Origin: Solirubrobacteraceae bacterium
Lineage (GTDB): Bacteria > Actinomycetota > Thermoleophilia > Solirubrobacterales > Solirubrobacteraceae
Reading direction: 5' to 3'
Length of the DNA stretch: 55,618 nucleotides
Assembly: GCA_051005755.1 (NCBI GenBank)
Contig: JBPCJA010000194.1
Coordinates: 1-55,618, forward strand
The notes beneath the pieces were generated by a model. It ran no database searches and was not told the origin of the DNA. It saw only the letters and a program-made list of their open reading frames with translations. A program made the position numbers and the translations under genes. Positions 55,460 through 55,618 of the stretch are shown here, piece after piece. Within the stretch, counting starts at the first letter, position 1. Each line of letters starts with the position of its first letter.

Positions 55460-55618
55460 CCCCGGCGGCCGGGAGGCCACCGGGATAGGCCCTTAGTAGT
55501 GCTTTGGTAGGTGTATGGAGGTGGGATGGGGTGCGGCGGCGAATGTCGTGGGATGGTCACTGTTATGGAGGGCGAGGACGCGGCTGTGGGTGTGGTCGGC
55601 GTGGCGCCGGAGGTCAAG

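Noticed and set aside
55493-55618. G/T-rich lower-GC tail of the window, with a possible ORF start at ATG 55565 (MEGEDAAVGVVGVAPEVK...). It might be the edge of a mobile element.
   Set aside because: Only 18 codons are visible. No inverted-repeat terminus or transposase motif can be recognised, so it cannot be supported from this window.

Overview
Very GC-rich, actinobacterium-like 55.6-kb chromosomal segment. Convincing genes have almost only G/C at codon position 3, and most long Arg/Ala/Pro-rich ORFs in the six-frame track are out-of-frame or antisense artefacts. The window is dominated by a large cell-envelope glycan biosynthesis region. Its UDP-sugar genes are two nucleotide-sugar dehydrogenases, a WecG/TagA-type transferase, a WbpB-like oxidoreductase and a DegT-type aminotransferase. 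It also holds two GDP-mannose 4,6-dehydratase paralogues and a CDP-glucose cassette (rfbF, rfbG, C-methyltransferase, 3,5-epimerase-like, reductase). Further components are a translationally coupled split-transketolase/SDR/HAD/APH-kinase operon, a GtrB/GtrA-like pair, a Wzx-type flippase, four more glycosyltransferases (three GT2, one GT4) and four more SAM methyltransferases. Two paralogous ~750-795-aa polytopic membrane proteins belong to no family I recognise. I see no priming phosphoglycosyl transferase, Wzy or chain-length regulator. Accessory patches are interspersed: a low-GC3 insertion with two small overlapping ORFs (5.3-6.5 kb), and a decayed patch at 44.6-48 kb. That patch carries intact mazEF, a VapC toxin with a frameshifted and truncated antitoxin, a LuxR-HTH remnant and a ZIP-transporter fragment. 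Other content includes tandem AUR1/IPC-synthase-like PAP2 membrane proteins and a YCII plus ECF-sigma pair. The most unusual items are these. (1) 24606-26708 encodes a receptor-like single-pass membrane protein with a cytoplasmic SEFIR/TIR-like domain and an extracytoplasmic type-I periplasmic-binding-protein domain. (2) 36811-38361 fuses an XRE HTH, an unrecognised ~250-aa domain and a complete peptide deformylase. (3) The two convergent giant membrane paralogues. (4) The transketolase-containing sugar-phosphate operon. (5) An 18-bp perfect palindrome fills a 28-nt divergent intergenic gap between two GT2 genes. No tRNA, rRNA, CRISPR array or intact IS element was recognised. All family calls come from reading translations by eye; no database search was possible.
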